A stretch of DNA of 63,853 nt, counting the filler, from Sluysia triapertura (lineage: Eukaryota): NCBI GenBank assembly GCA_046118255.1. It is 5 parts of 5 records of this genome, joined end to end, with 100 filler letters (N's around TTAATTAATTAA, not from the genome) between each part and the next. Parts side by side here need not be neighbours in the genome. Positions count along the whole stretch, not along the records: positions 24,036 to 38,832 come from JBJNIA010248647.1; 4 more parts are not named here. The stretch is one strand, 5' to 3'. Below the pieces are notes generated by a model that was not told the origin of the DNA, searched no databases, and saw only the letters and a program-made list of their open reading frames with translations. The translations under genes were made by a program, and so were the position numbers. Positions 26,002 through 38,932 of the stretch are shown one piece after another (position 1 is the first letter of the stretch; the number at the start of each line of letters is the position of its first letter).

Positions 26002-26999
26002 CGTATAAGAATTTTTGTAATTAAATCTGTAAATTAATAAATTAATATTGTAAATACTTTAAAGTTATAAAATCAAATTTGTAAATTAAAAAAATTTAAA
26101 AAAACTGAAATTTTGAATTTTTATAATATAAAATTAATTAAATTTGCAAATTAATTAAAAAACTGAAATTAGTAAAAATCAAATTTATTCTGGACTTTTA
26201 TGAAAATAATAATTAGTCATTATTTATGTGAACTTATTACAAATTTATAAATTATGAAAATAATAATGTGAACTTATTACAAAAATAAAGAAATTTAACG
26301 GGAATATTTGTTAGACCCATGTAAGATAATAAGCGTAAAAATTGCATCAAGATTAAACCGAAGAACAAAAGAAATCCTATTGGTAAGTCTCTCATAAGGA
26401 TATAAATTATGCGCTATAGGCAAACCATAAGTTAATATTTATTTTATTAGTAGTTCACTAAACAAAACATTTGCAATACTTTTAGTTTCTAATCACGTAA
26501 TTAATTTTGCATAACTGCTTACTGACTGTTTTTATTATTGAAAATTATAAATTCTGACTTTTATTAATTTTCAAATATTCATTCTCAAACAATTTTATCA
26601 ATTCACTAATAGTCTTGTTCTTTCAATATTATTGAATTAATATAATCATAAAGTACTATTCCGAAAAAATTTTACCAAATACAAGATGGTAAGAATATCG
26701 ATTTTTGTGCATTATAAGAGGAATATGATGTGGAAATATTATGACAACATTAAAATTGGAAAAATAATCTAGAAATATAGACAGTAAAACTTAAAATTAA
26801 TTTAAAATTTTGTAATGTGATTGAGATTTAAAGTGTCGCCTATTTTTTGGAAAATTTTTATACATAAATTGAAATAACTCCTAAACGATGCATCGTATTT
26901 TCGTCAAATTTTCACACGACTTTAATAAATAGATAAATTTTTCGTTATTTTTTTCTTTATAGTACCAATATGATTCGGTTGTAGTGAAATGAAAATAAA

Positions 27000-27565
27000 T
27001 TATCTTCTATAAATAACTTTATCATTTATTGGATCATTTATCTGAGAAGTTCCCACATTTTTTCAAGAATGTTTACTATCTTTGTCATTAGTTTCTGATT
27101 CACTACTAATTATACGATCTATTCTTACTCTTTTAGGTGCGCCTATAAAGTCTAAACTTTCAGAATCATCTGCATTACTTGTATCTCTAGAATCTTCATC
27201 ATCTTTTAGATTCAATACATGATAAATTGTCTGCATCACTGACTACATCCATTGTTTTATAAAATGGACAGAAAAATTTATAAAATAATAGAATTATTAC
27301 AGTAAATAATAGAAATGACACACGAGACACATTCAAAAAGATAAACTAACTAAAACATAAATTGAATTAGAAGCCTTCGAATCGTCTAAAGATAAGGACG
27401 GACTGAATTAGCATTACTTTTAAACAAAGATAAAAACTCTTGAAGTCACTAAATTTTCAACATTTATTTATCATACTGAATATTATAAACTTTGTCTAAT
27501 GAGGTTCTTGTATTTTGTAAACACACGAATACGCATTAATGCAGGCCCGGTGCTTTAAGTGTTAA
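27000..27565 (-). mobile_element. Possible piggyBac-like left end and acidic transposase N-terminus remnant
   Basis: TTAA-CACTTAAAGCACCGGGCC end at 27561-27565 on the minus strand, followed ~300 bp later by a disrupted acidic frame (DDEDSRDTSNADDSESLDF...KRVRIDRIISSESE). Confidence 0.3.
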
Positions 27566-29698
27566 TAAATATGAAAATAATAATGTTTTAGTTAATTATG
27601 GCTACATTTCAAGTGTAAATTTCTCCCAAAAATAAAAAAATGTAATATTTACTAAATTTAATAACTACTTAAAATACACTACCAAAATATTAATCATCGT
27701 AAAAAATATATTATTCAATAAACGTGAATATTATTAAAAGTTTTACACAAAATAAATCCATATTATTACATTTATAGACCCTTATGACTAATTCAATCTC
27801 AAAATTATAGTTTAACTTTGTTTAGATATTTTTAAAAACAAATTATGCTAATAGTTGTCCAAATTAATTATGATAATTTCATTATTATGACTTATAATAA
27901 TAATAATAATTAATGATAATAATAATAATAATGAAAACAATAATTAATAAACTGAAGCTATTGTCTTTGACTAAAACATTTGAACGTTCATCAAAATGTA
28001 TTTAATTATAAAAAACATTGTTAAATTAAAAACTTCAGTAAAACAATGTTGATTGTACTTTTGATAAACGAGATAGAACATGTAGTTTTATCAATTTTTA
28101 AAATCATTAAATTTGTAATTAATAATAGAGAAAATAAATTAATACTTACTCTAAATTATACATTACAAAACATTGTCAAAATACATCAGAAAGGTTTAAG
28201 AAAATCATAAATATATTATCCATTTTGCATTTCAGAATATTTAAATTTAAATTTAAATTGGCTACCATTAGAGAAAATAGAGTTTATTTTATCAAAACGT
28301 CTAATTTATTACAATAAAAATGTTACTCATAATAATTTTTAGTACTATAATAAATTTTAATCCAGGTATTAAGGTTATATATTTAATTTTTAATTAAACA
28401 TAATTTTTAATCATTAATTAATAAATTTATTTTCTTTGTTTGAAACAATATTAAAAATTATTTTTGTTTCATATTTATTATTGTATAAAATCAAAAATGA
28501 AATTTAAAACGAAAATCAGTTCAAACAATTAAATATAAAAGACGTAAATTTGAAACTTTAAATAAACAATGAATGTCTTTGCTTTTAAAACATTCTAGCA
28601 TTGATATATTAATTATAAGTAACAATCTCAAAGGAAATAAGATTTAAGTTTATAATTTATAATTATAATTTCAATTTCAAAAAAAAAATTAAAATTGGAT
28701 ATGTCTAAAATGAATCTATTTTCATAAAATAGTAATTGTTCTTGTAGTAAATATACAAAGATAATGTTTCGAAATTGTGATGCTTTCCTTTTGTAGATTG
28801 TATTATTATGATCAATTTCAAAACTGTTATCATCTATTTCAAGTAATGAATAATTAATTAAGATTTTGATCAAACCTTACTTAAAATAATCAGTAAACAG
28901 ACTTGTCTTAAATATTTTTACATTATAATCTATATTTTTTATTATATAAATGTTAATAAAAGTCTATATACTGATTATTTTGAAGTAATATTTGATCTAC
29001 ATCTCTATTTTATTTCAGACTTACCAAAAATTCTACTGGTAGAGTTTTCTGAAAATGAATGTAAAAATGTTTGATACTTTACGTAAAAAAGAAGTCGTAC
29101 ATTTTACTTGAAGAAATTTTAAGATCAAACTTAATATTTTTTAATAAAGCCTTTAAATATAGATATTTCTTAAATAGAGCTGAATTTTCTACTTCATTAA
29201 TTTAGTGAATTTATCATCTTTAAATTTATAACATTTTTTCAATATTTTCATAGTCTTTAGAAATAGAAAATCAAATATTTTATTAATAATATTAATTTAC
29301 TACTTTTAAATTAAATTATTTAACGTGAAAAGCATAATAATAGAAATGATTTTTAATCAAAAACGCGACTACCTTTACAAAATTTAAAATTTAAATCTAT
29401 GTAATTAATACTTGTATATATTAATTTTTTATTTACTTTAGATACATTCTAAATTACACTCTAAAAATTACTGTGTTTGTTTGACTTGAAATGTGCAGTT
29501 CTCTTCCATTTAGATTATTAAATTTTTAGTTTCTAGATGTAATATACATAATTGTAAATAGAAAATATATTGTTGAAATTATTGTTGTTTTCTTTTGAAA
29601 TTACAGTATATTTTTATATTCATATTTAAATTATAGTATATTTTATATTTTATGATAAAAATTAGTATATTTTAATACTATAAAAACAAAAAATATGA

Positions 29699-29753
<55 letters not shown>

Positions 29754-31067
29754 TTGATAGATTATTAGATTTGTTATTTTTAACATTGTACTAATTTAAA
29801 TTCTAATTAATTGTGCATAAAATACTCGCATGAATTTAACATTTTTTCAATAAATTTTGTTATTTTTATATTATTAATAGATAATCTTATACAATAATTG
29901 TTAATTATTTCTAAAATTACTAAAATATCCAAATAATATGTGCAACACAAAGCTGATTATTTTCAGAAATGCCATTTCAGTGTTTATGCTCTTAGATCAA
30001 ATATTCGAATTTCACTAATTCAAAATGTGTACATCTATCCTTGTGGCGTAATATATTCTTTTTGTCTTTTTTAATAAACAATCCAAATTAAAATTGATTT
30101 TTTAATATTTTTGCTAAGTTCTTCACTATGATTTTTCGTGGTATAAGTAGCATTTTTATATTTTCTTGAGATTTGTGTATTTTTGAGTTGTTATTTAAAC
30201 AATTCATATTTTATTTTCATTAAAATAACGTTGATTAACAAAGATTCTGTTTTCAGTTCATTTGAAACAGTATTTACATTAATGGCACTTTCAAATGATT
30301 TTAAATTCTTTAGTAACAATAAAATAACTATTAAATTATTTACTTCTTATTATAAATAGTGTATTTTATTTATAAAATATATTTTATTATCTTACCATTG
30401 TTAATTGTACATTCAATTATTTTTTATGTAAATGCAACCTACAGTAAATTTTCTGAAAATTTCTAGCAATTATTAAAAATTTATGAACTATTAATAAATT
30501 AATCATTTAAAACTCAATTTTATGCATATATATCCCATTTTAAAATACATGCAGTAATTTAATCAAAGTTATAATTAAGTGAACAAGCTCAATATGATAC
30601 AGTATTAAATCTCAAAATCTAAAATAAAAGAACCATAATTTAAAATAATAATTTTTATTTCAATTTCCATTAAAACAATTATTTTTCTATTTATGGAACA
30701 TTTGGCTATATTATATTTGTGGTACATAAATATATTCATTTTTGAAGTTTAATCTTTATAAACCAATTATGCATTTTTAATGATCATATAGAGAATTTAT
30801 CACTTTATATTATAAAAAAGATATTTGTAAATTACTTACAGACTTTTATTATACTGAACAATCGACTTTTATGTTTCTAATATATTTATTAAAAATTGGT
30901 TTATAATTTTATTTATATAATAATATACCGTTTATGTTTCAATAATATGTAAGAAGTTACCAGATAATGTCAAATTACTGGAAGAAGAAATATTGAAGTG
31001 AATGATTTAATTTAAGCGCTTTTGAGTACTTAATTTGTAGTGGATATGAGCGCAATATAAATTAATA

Positions 31068-31133
<66 letters not shown>

Positions 31134-31577
31134 AAAGAAAACCTATCTATAGAATTATTAATGCATCCTTTAAAGTTTGTCGGTTTCATTTAAAATAAGT
31201 GTAAATAGATTGTGTATCATTTATTAATTATGCATTACCGGAATAAACGTGATTAAAACTTTTCTATAAACGAATTGATTTCACGTCTAATTTTACAATG
31301 GAATTATCGACATTGTCTAAGGTCAATGAGTGGTAAACCGTGCATTAGATTCGAGTTAATATTACAATATTAAAATAATATTAATATCATTAATTTGTAT
31401 AACTTTGTTATTTGATTTGCAGTTTAACATTTATTCGTTAAAAAATTTATTTGGGATATTTGATATTGAGAACATAATTGTAGTTAAATCTTATTTTGAT
31501 TATCTGAGCCTTGAATGTAAAAGTTATTAAAGAGTTATTTAAGTCATAACAAAATAATAAATTAACTAATCACTTAC

Positions 31578-34500
31578 TTTCAATTCAACACAACTATTTA
31601 ATTTCATAGTACACGATCCCAAAGGAATCATCGAATGAACCAATGAAATGTCTTTATTTTCCAGTTGCTTCAAATATCTTACTAATTTTATTTCCGAATG
31701 ATAATTGTTGAAAACAGGATGCATTAAATATGGTGTGGATCTGACAATGGATTTATTTGATTCGATTTTTAAATTATTTATTGCACTTGACATATTCGGA
31801 AAAATATTGTTCTGAAAGTATAAGTAATTTATAACATTTATAACTCGTAAGTATAACATATTTGAATAATATTTATAATTATGCAGATGTTATACTTAAA
31901 ATTTATTAAACATTGTGCGTTCAGTTAGGGCTTCCAAAGACCTTCGTAAAATGTTGGAGAAAGCTTGAGGGGATCAACAAAAGAGTTTGAAGCATTAAAG
32001 TACCCTTGAACTTGTGAACCTTCAGACCATTTAAAATGTAATAAACAATTAAAGACCTTTGAAAGCTTCATTAGTGTTTAAGACCTTTGAGGAACTTTAA
32101 ATCTTTGAAATCTTTAAAATACTCAAGAGAAAAAATCATTGTTACTAATATTAAAAATAAATTTGAAGTATAAAAGGATTCAGAGTGGTGAAAATGAAAA
32201 CACCCAGAACCCTCTGAGTTCCTTATGATGTATTAAAAAATTTTTAAACCTCAATAAACCTTTAAAATAAAGAAAGATTAAGTCTAAAAATAGATTAATT
32301 AATTAAAATCTTAATTAACTTAATTTAGAAAAGTACGTTTTTGTGCAAAAACGTTTGAATGCGGAAATATTTGTAAAAGTTGTAATTGTGTATACATTTG
32401 TTTTAAAAAGATCTTTCGATGAAGTTACATTTGACCAAGTTCATGCAAGGAAAGCCTTAACATGGAGCAAAGTTAAATTTTAATTAATTTTTAATTATAG
32501 AATGTTGAATATTTCATATTTTGAATAATGAGAGGATGATGAATTGAATATGAGATGATTGCTGTGAAAGAGGAAAATATAGAAATAAATTTGTAATGTT
32601 TGAGGAGTGGCTTGTTTGAGAATAAGAACCTTAAACACTTTTTATTAGAAAATTTGGTGTGAAAAACTTAAAATCAATTCAATTCTAAAAAGTAAAGTTA
32701 AATTTATTAATTTTATGCATGTTGTCAATATTAATGATGATTATTTTAATGTAAGAGGTAATTTAAGTCAAAGTAGATCGAGTAGAGTGGAATAAAATAA
32801 TGGTTGATTATTAATCAATTTTTTGTCTTTTGTACCTAATAAAGTTTGATAAGCCGTACATGTAATTGTTAAAGCTATTATTGTCGGTCTAATCCTCAAT
32901 AATGCTTTGTGTGAGAAAGTGATTGATTGTGAAATTCAGGAATGATAATAAAGTATAAAAGATAATACTTAAGAATTGTACAACAGAGACAATGATTCGT
33001 TCCCGGTGAAAATCCATGAACTGGTTAAAATTTTTGTTAATAATTTTTCTATTTATTAATTACAAAACTATATTTAACGAATGCATTTTAAGGAATCCCA
33101 TTTGTTATTGAACTATAAAAATATATTAACGATTTTTGGGAATTCTCCCTTTTTATTTAAATTACAGAAATATGCTAGTAATTTTCTGGGAATTGCCAAT
33201 TTTATTATTGCGTCAACCTTGCCTTTGCTCAATATTAAGGCTTTCCTTGCATATATTCATCGAAAGACCTTGTATTTTGATGTAGCATTCTTAAGGATAA
33301 CGTATTTTTCCTTAATTAAGTTAATTAAGATTTTAATTAATGAATCTACTTTTAGAGTTAATTTTACTTCAAACTTAAGGGTTTTGCTAAGGTTTAAAAC
33401 TTATTGGGTACTTTATAAGACATTCAGGGGTGTTCATCTTTTAATTATGAATGCATTAAATTTATCTTTAATATTAGTAATAATGATTTTATTTATCAAG
33501 TATTTTAAAAATTTCAAATAATTTACAAAGTTACTCAAAGGTCTCAAAAGCTTATCAATGTTTCAAAGATTCTTAAAGATTAATAAGATCTCAAATGGTC
33601 TCAGGGTTCACAAGTTCAGTGGTACTTCAAAAATTTTTCTAAACCAATCTCAAAAGTTTTTGGAACTCAAAGGTATTCTTTAATTCCCAAAATGTTTATA
33701 GATTCTCTCATCTTCATCATTATCATTCCAACATATCATTCTCTGTTATTTGTTTTATAAAAATTATCGCAGCACTTTTTAGTTCGACGTCTTTGTCACT
33801 GATCTGCTATCCCAAAAATGGACAATTGGAATACAGTTCAAGATATTAGAAACTGCCAAACTTTATGAAAACTGTTACATATAAGAAGTAAGACAAATAA
33901 GATGTATTAAATACAAATTTAGACGCCAATAAAATAACAGATGACTATTGCCGTCATGCCACATATTGAACAAACATTAATAAAGAAATATCGATGTTGG
34001 TTTCAAACTTCTAAATATTTTATAATGAAGCTAAACACAATGTAGATCCAGAATTAGACAAATATCATAATATCCGCTCTTATTTCAATTTTATTAAAAT
34101 TATCAATATTATCCATTTTATTTATACAGTCCCTTCCACATTCCTTAGATATATTCCTTTCCACATTCATTACATGCAGTCGCGTCCACATTCCTTAGAT
34201 ATATTTAATTCTATAAATTCATTCGAAAAAAACAATCTAACACTTCCTTCTACCCTACGTTTGAAGAATATTGGTTATTTTTGATCGAAAAATTCCACGT
34301 TGTTATTTCAAATGTGACCAGAAAGATGGTTCGACATAGTGCGTTTAAATGTTGATTAAAATAGAAAAGGAATAGATGCCGGAAATGTTCACATATCTAC
34401 CTGACACTCTGTTTTAATGAGAGTAATGAAAATGAATGTTAGTCTAGAATGATTTAAATAGATAATTCAGCTGAATGAATATAACTTAAATAAGTTACAA

Positions 34501-37500
34501 CAAATAAAACCGCACGAATATAACGCTTTTCTATTTAAAGATTGTTAAATGAATATTCTTTTTTAGAACTGAAATTAAAACAAATAAATATATCAATACG
34601 ACAAAAACAAGGTATATTAAACCCTTGCGCGACTAATAAAACAGGATGTCTAATATTTTTTACATATTTTAATTCATTAACTTATAATTGGATAATTTCT
34701 TTCATAAATAACATAAAGCCGGTATTAAAATATAATTAAACACTGAAGTACAATATAAAAATTCAAAATATTTAAAAATTTAATTACACATAACATGGGA
34801 CATGTGTGCATGTCGTGATAATTGTTGATGATTAAGATGAATCTAATGGGGGTAGTCATTGCAGTTGAACATGTGAGTATATCGTAATAGTTTGAGAATA
34901 AATATTTGTAAATATCAATGAAGAAAAATAAGAATTTTTCAGTAATAAAAACAATACTAAAATAAAAGTGCAATTAATAGTAAAGCAAAAAACTGAACAT
35001 GGAAATAAATATTAATTGTATTGTTAAAAATGTAAACATTAATAGAAAGTATAAAATATTCGAGAATTTATTAATAAAGATAAGTGGAACTAATTGTTAT
35101 TTCACAAATAATTAATAATAGACTATAATTATTGGGACTTCGAAATTTACTCTTTGCTACTAAATCAATTAGTAAGAATGATTTTTTAAAACAAAAAGAT
35201 ATATAAATTCAAACATGAATAAATTTTAATAAATGTGACAGTTATATATAAATGCATAAGTTATGGAAGTCGTGAATATCTTTTGGAAATAATAAAAATT
35301 TGGAAACTAAAACAAATATTTTTCAAATAAACAAAATACAAAGTGATAATAATAATAACAATAATATTAGTATTATTATTAATAATAATAAGCTATTAAA
35401 TAATATTAAGTCATTAAACGATTTTACGAAGAAAAAGATAAAGTTCTTATTTCAGAAATATTATAATGAATGATTAATTTTAATTAATCATTATTTAATT
35501 AATGTATAAAAATAATAATTATTATTAATATTATCACATAGAAACTAACTGCTAATTTAGGACTTCCAAATATCGACAGTAAATCATTTAAGTCCTGTTC
35601 AGTCACAGTTTCGTCTAATGAAATTACTATCTAAAAATATAATCAATTATATTGGTTAATGGGAAAATGTGATTTTTTAAAAAATATGTTAAATTTGATC
35701 AAAAAATAATATTAAAATTAATAAATTTTTTTGGAATTTAACTCAATAACAAAATTAAATTAGTCTGAAATGTCGATATAGTATTTTTTAATAATCACAA
35801 AATCAAATACAAATTATTACAATCAGCTATTATTTAACAATAATGCAAATCAATTAAATGAAATGTAATACTCAAATTCAGGGATGACTCAACTTAGTCG
35901 TGAGCTAACTAACCAGAATCACTTATAAAGTTTAGTCAATTACTAAAGATAAAGCTTCAGTCACATTGATTAATACGAGAGCGTTGAAGCAGCTTTTCTT
36001 TATATACTCTGCTACTTATGAGTTAAATAATTGATGAGGAAATTAAAAATAGGAAAGTCGACATAATTACTTATTCTTATTCGCCTATAAGTCTCATATT
36101 TTACTAAACCCAACAAATTCGAGGGGGCTGTTTTTAACAAATGATGTATTCTTAAAGACTGCATCTTAACAATTTGGATATTAATTACTACAACTAAATT
36201 AGGTCGAATAACGCCATAATTATTATATATGGCCACTTATTTTATAAGAATACTTTAGTGTTTTAAGGGTTCAGTCTTTATCTAAGTAAATACAAAAATT
36301 GCACTTCCAAAGACGAATGTGGCGAGTCAATATTTCATAGCTACCATTTCATTTTCACATTCTTATACACTCTAACGCCATTCGAAACCTTTTTTGGCAC
36401 AATTTCAACATAAATCAATTTAAAACAAAATAATATGAAATTAATTAGTGGGAGAAATATTTTTTATAATAACTTTATTAACAATGTCATTATTGTTTCT
36501 AATATTATTTTGACATCGTTAATATTAAAAAAACCTTTTGTTTAAATATAAACCTTTTAATGACATGAAATTATGTATAAATACCAAAAAGAAAGTACCA
36601 GTATTTTATGTTTGAATATAATTCTATTATTACACAACTTTTCCCAACACACATTTGACATTTAAAGAGTTAAATCGATATTATTTGCATTAATTAATAT
36701 TCGAATTGTTTAAACAATTAAATAATCACGAAATAGTCAAATAAACAGATTCCACTCCTCACAATATGGTATTACAGAATGAATGGTTGCAGTTTTACAT
36801 CGATAATACGACTAAACAGTTTGTTTTTATGTTTGTTTTTGTTATTAAAACTTTCTCTCTTAAATTTTCACTGTATTTTTTGTTTTTGGTAGTTCACCCT
36901 TTAACATCCGATGAAATTTTTCTAGATTTAAAACTCATTCTAAGTAATAAATTGAATTTTAGTTTGAAGTACCATTAAAGTGCATAATTTATGCATAACT
37001 AAATTCAACATCACTTAGCTAGAATCAAATATTCGTAACTAAGTCTATTATAGGAAGCGGTATCGGTTCAGAAATACTTCTTATCTTGAAATAGAAATGA
37101 AGCACATTAATTATAACTTATTTAAAATAAACAACATAAAATATATAACACTCAACCAATCAGAACGACCTAATTCAGTCCATATCGAAAAATGAGCCAA
37201 ACACGCGCAAGTAAACCACGTAAACCCCAATTTCGGGTAGGTGTGAGTGATTTAGCGCGAACATTTATATTTATTCACTTTAAATCCAATAAATCAAATA
37301 TAAGATTAAAAAATTATGAATTAATACTAACCGACATGTCAGGTTTATATTGTAAATTGATTTTTAAATCTAAAGCTCGTTTTTTGATTGAATTTAAAGA
37401 GGCTTTTTTGGCATTGTCATTTTCACCTGCTGGCATTACATGTAAAGTATCGAATATGGCACTTGTACTAAGAATCTATAAAATAAATTATTCTACTTTT

Positions 37501-37786
37501 ATCGACTTAATATTATAAGTAAATTATAAATTATTGAAAATGAATTCAAAATCTAATAACATTATGTCCGGCTAATAAGCAACCTTGTGCTAATATTAAA
37601 GTATTTAAATGAATTTGATTGGCTATCTCTCGTAATCCATTGGGTCCATGATAAACAGCAAACATTACGGCCATATTGGCTAATAAAGATTGGGCAGTAC
37701 ATATATTACTAGTGGCTTTGTCACGTCGAATGTGCTGCTCGCGTGTTTGAAGAGCTAGTCGATATGCTGGCTTCCCATTCTGATCT
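31578..37786 (-). CDS. GLDC: Glycine dehydrogenase (decarboxylating), P protein; internal exons 37786-37561, 37475-37332, 35630-35550, 31811-31578
   Basis: [31 protein letters not shown]...YHGPNGL; IFDTL; [12 protein letters not shown]; [13 protein letters not shown]...[23 protein letters not shown]. All GT-AG, and frames join in phase 0. Confidence 0.95.
31920..33690. repeat. Two ~500-bp copies of a dispersed repeat in inverted orientation (31920-32475 / 33220-33690); further copies ~44075-44300 and ~55430-55500
   Basis: Shared blocks such as TGAACTTGTGAACC, AGACCTTTGAG.AACTTT, ATTAATTAAAATCTTAATTAACTTAATT and ATGCAAGGAAAGCCTTAA on opposite strands. Confidence 0.8.
34230..34345 (-). pseudogene. 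Possible GIY-YIG endonuclease remnant (Penelope-like)
   Basis: [32 protein letters not shown] resembles S..xxH...GH.I.W.N..IL..E....KR...E. Confidence 0.35.
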
Positions 37787-38832
37787 CTAAAAATAGTAAC
37801 AGTAATGTCAAGGATATATTTTATAGTTGAAAATTTGTAAAAATATCTGTAGTTGTAAATTCATGCAAAGTGTAAGTTTTATGAATCTTAAATCTTATGA
37901 ATCTTACGGACTTTATAAAATTGTTAAAATTTAAAATCATTATTTTTATTATAATTTGAGAAAGATAAAAATAAAATTATTTAATTTAAAATTTAAAAAG
38001 TTTTTTTATTATTTAAAATAAAAATAAGTGAAATAAATTAAAATTCTATTTAATTGATAAAATTTTTAATTATTGAATTTATTTTATTTGATTATTTAAA
38101 AATTGTTTAAATGAATCAATTTAGTAAATAGTAGACATTTTCCAATATGGTGTAAGCCAATTTAATATAAATAGGTAAGTTTTTAGTAAAATTTAACACA
38201 AAAATTTCAGAATAAATTTTGAGAAGATAATTTAGTGTTCCAGCATTTTTATGTATTCCATCACCAAGTAATTTTTTATTAAATAAGTCTTTTTAATGAT
38301 TGATCATAATAAGAGAATAACAAATTTAGACTTAAAATTATTTATTTTTTTATGCAAGGCCTTTAAAAGTCTTGAGCAATTTAATTCTAAAATCTTGAAG
38401 CCACCAACTGAGATTGAGTGCGATTTTTAAAATCAATATATTATATTTTTATTGGTAAGATTGTACAAGTGTTTTTACCACAAGACCTTAATATGGCTAG
38501 TGTAATTTCTAAATTCATTACATTAGTTTTCGATCTACACCTTAAAAAAGTTAGAATAATTCATTAAATTTATCGATTTGTTTTCTGAACAAGACCTGAA
38601 AAATGTTTGTGTAATTTATAATTTTTTATTGAACTAGACCTTAAGAAGGCTAATGTTACATAATCTAAAGTAATTAAAGTTTGATTTAATTTTAGTATAA
38701 CTGATTGTAGGTTAACTAAGTCTATGAGTTAAGTCGAATTTAATCTAAGTTTTTTGATAAATCGAACATTGATATAAAACGTGTATATTAGGCGAATCGA
38801 CCCTCAAGTATTTTGTAAGTGCTAAGTGTAAG

Positions 38833-38932
38833 NNNNNNNNNNNNNNNNNNNNNNNNNNNNNNNNNNNNNNNNNNNNTTAATTAATTAANNNNNNNNNNNN
38901 NNNNNNNNNNNNNNNNNNNNNNNNNNNNNNNN
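38833..38932. other. Artificial contig spacer
   Basis: 44 N + TTAATTAATTAA + 44 N. Confidence 0.97.

Noticed and set aside
25736-26024. ORFs containing DRGSNPGP / GPGFDPRS (also 55482-55748)
   Set aside because: Translations of the tRNA-like repeat.
33081-33521. 146-aa ORF and the many other I/L/F/K/N-rich ORFs of 60-110 aa
   Set aside because: Low-complexity translations of AT-rich repeats; this one lies mostly in an inverted-repeat arm.
37192-37518. 108-aa plus-strand ORF
   Set aside because: Overlaps GLDC exon 37332-37475 on the opposite strand.
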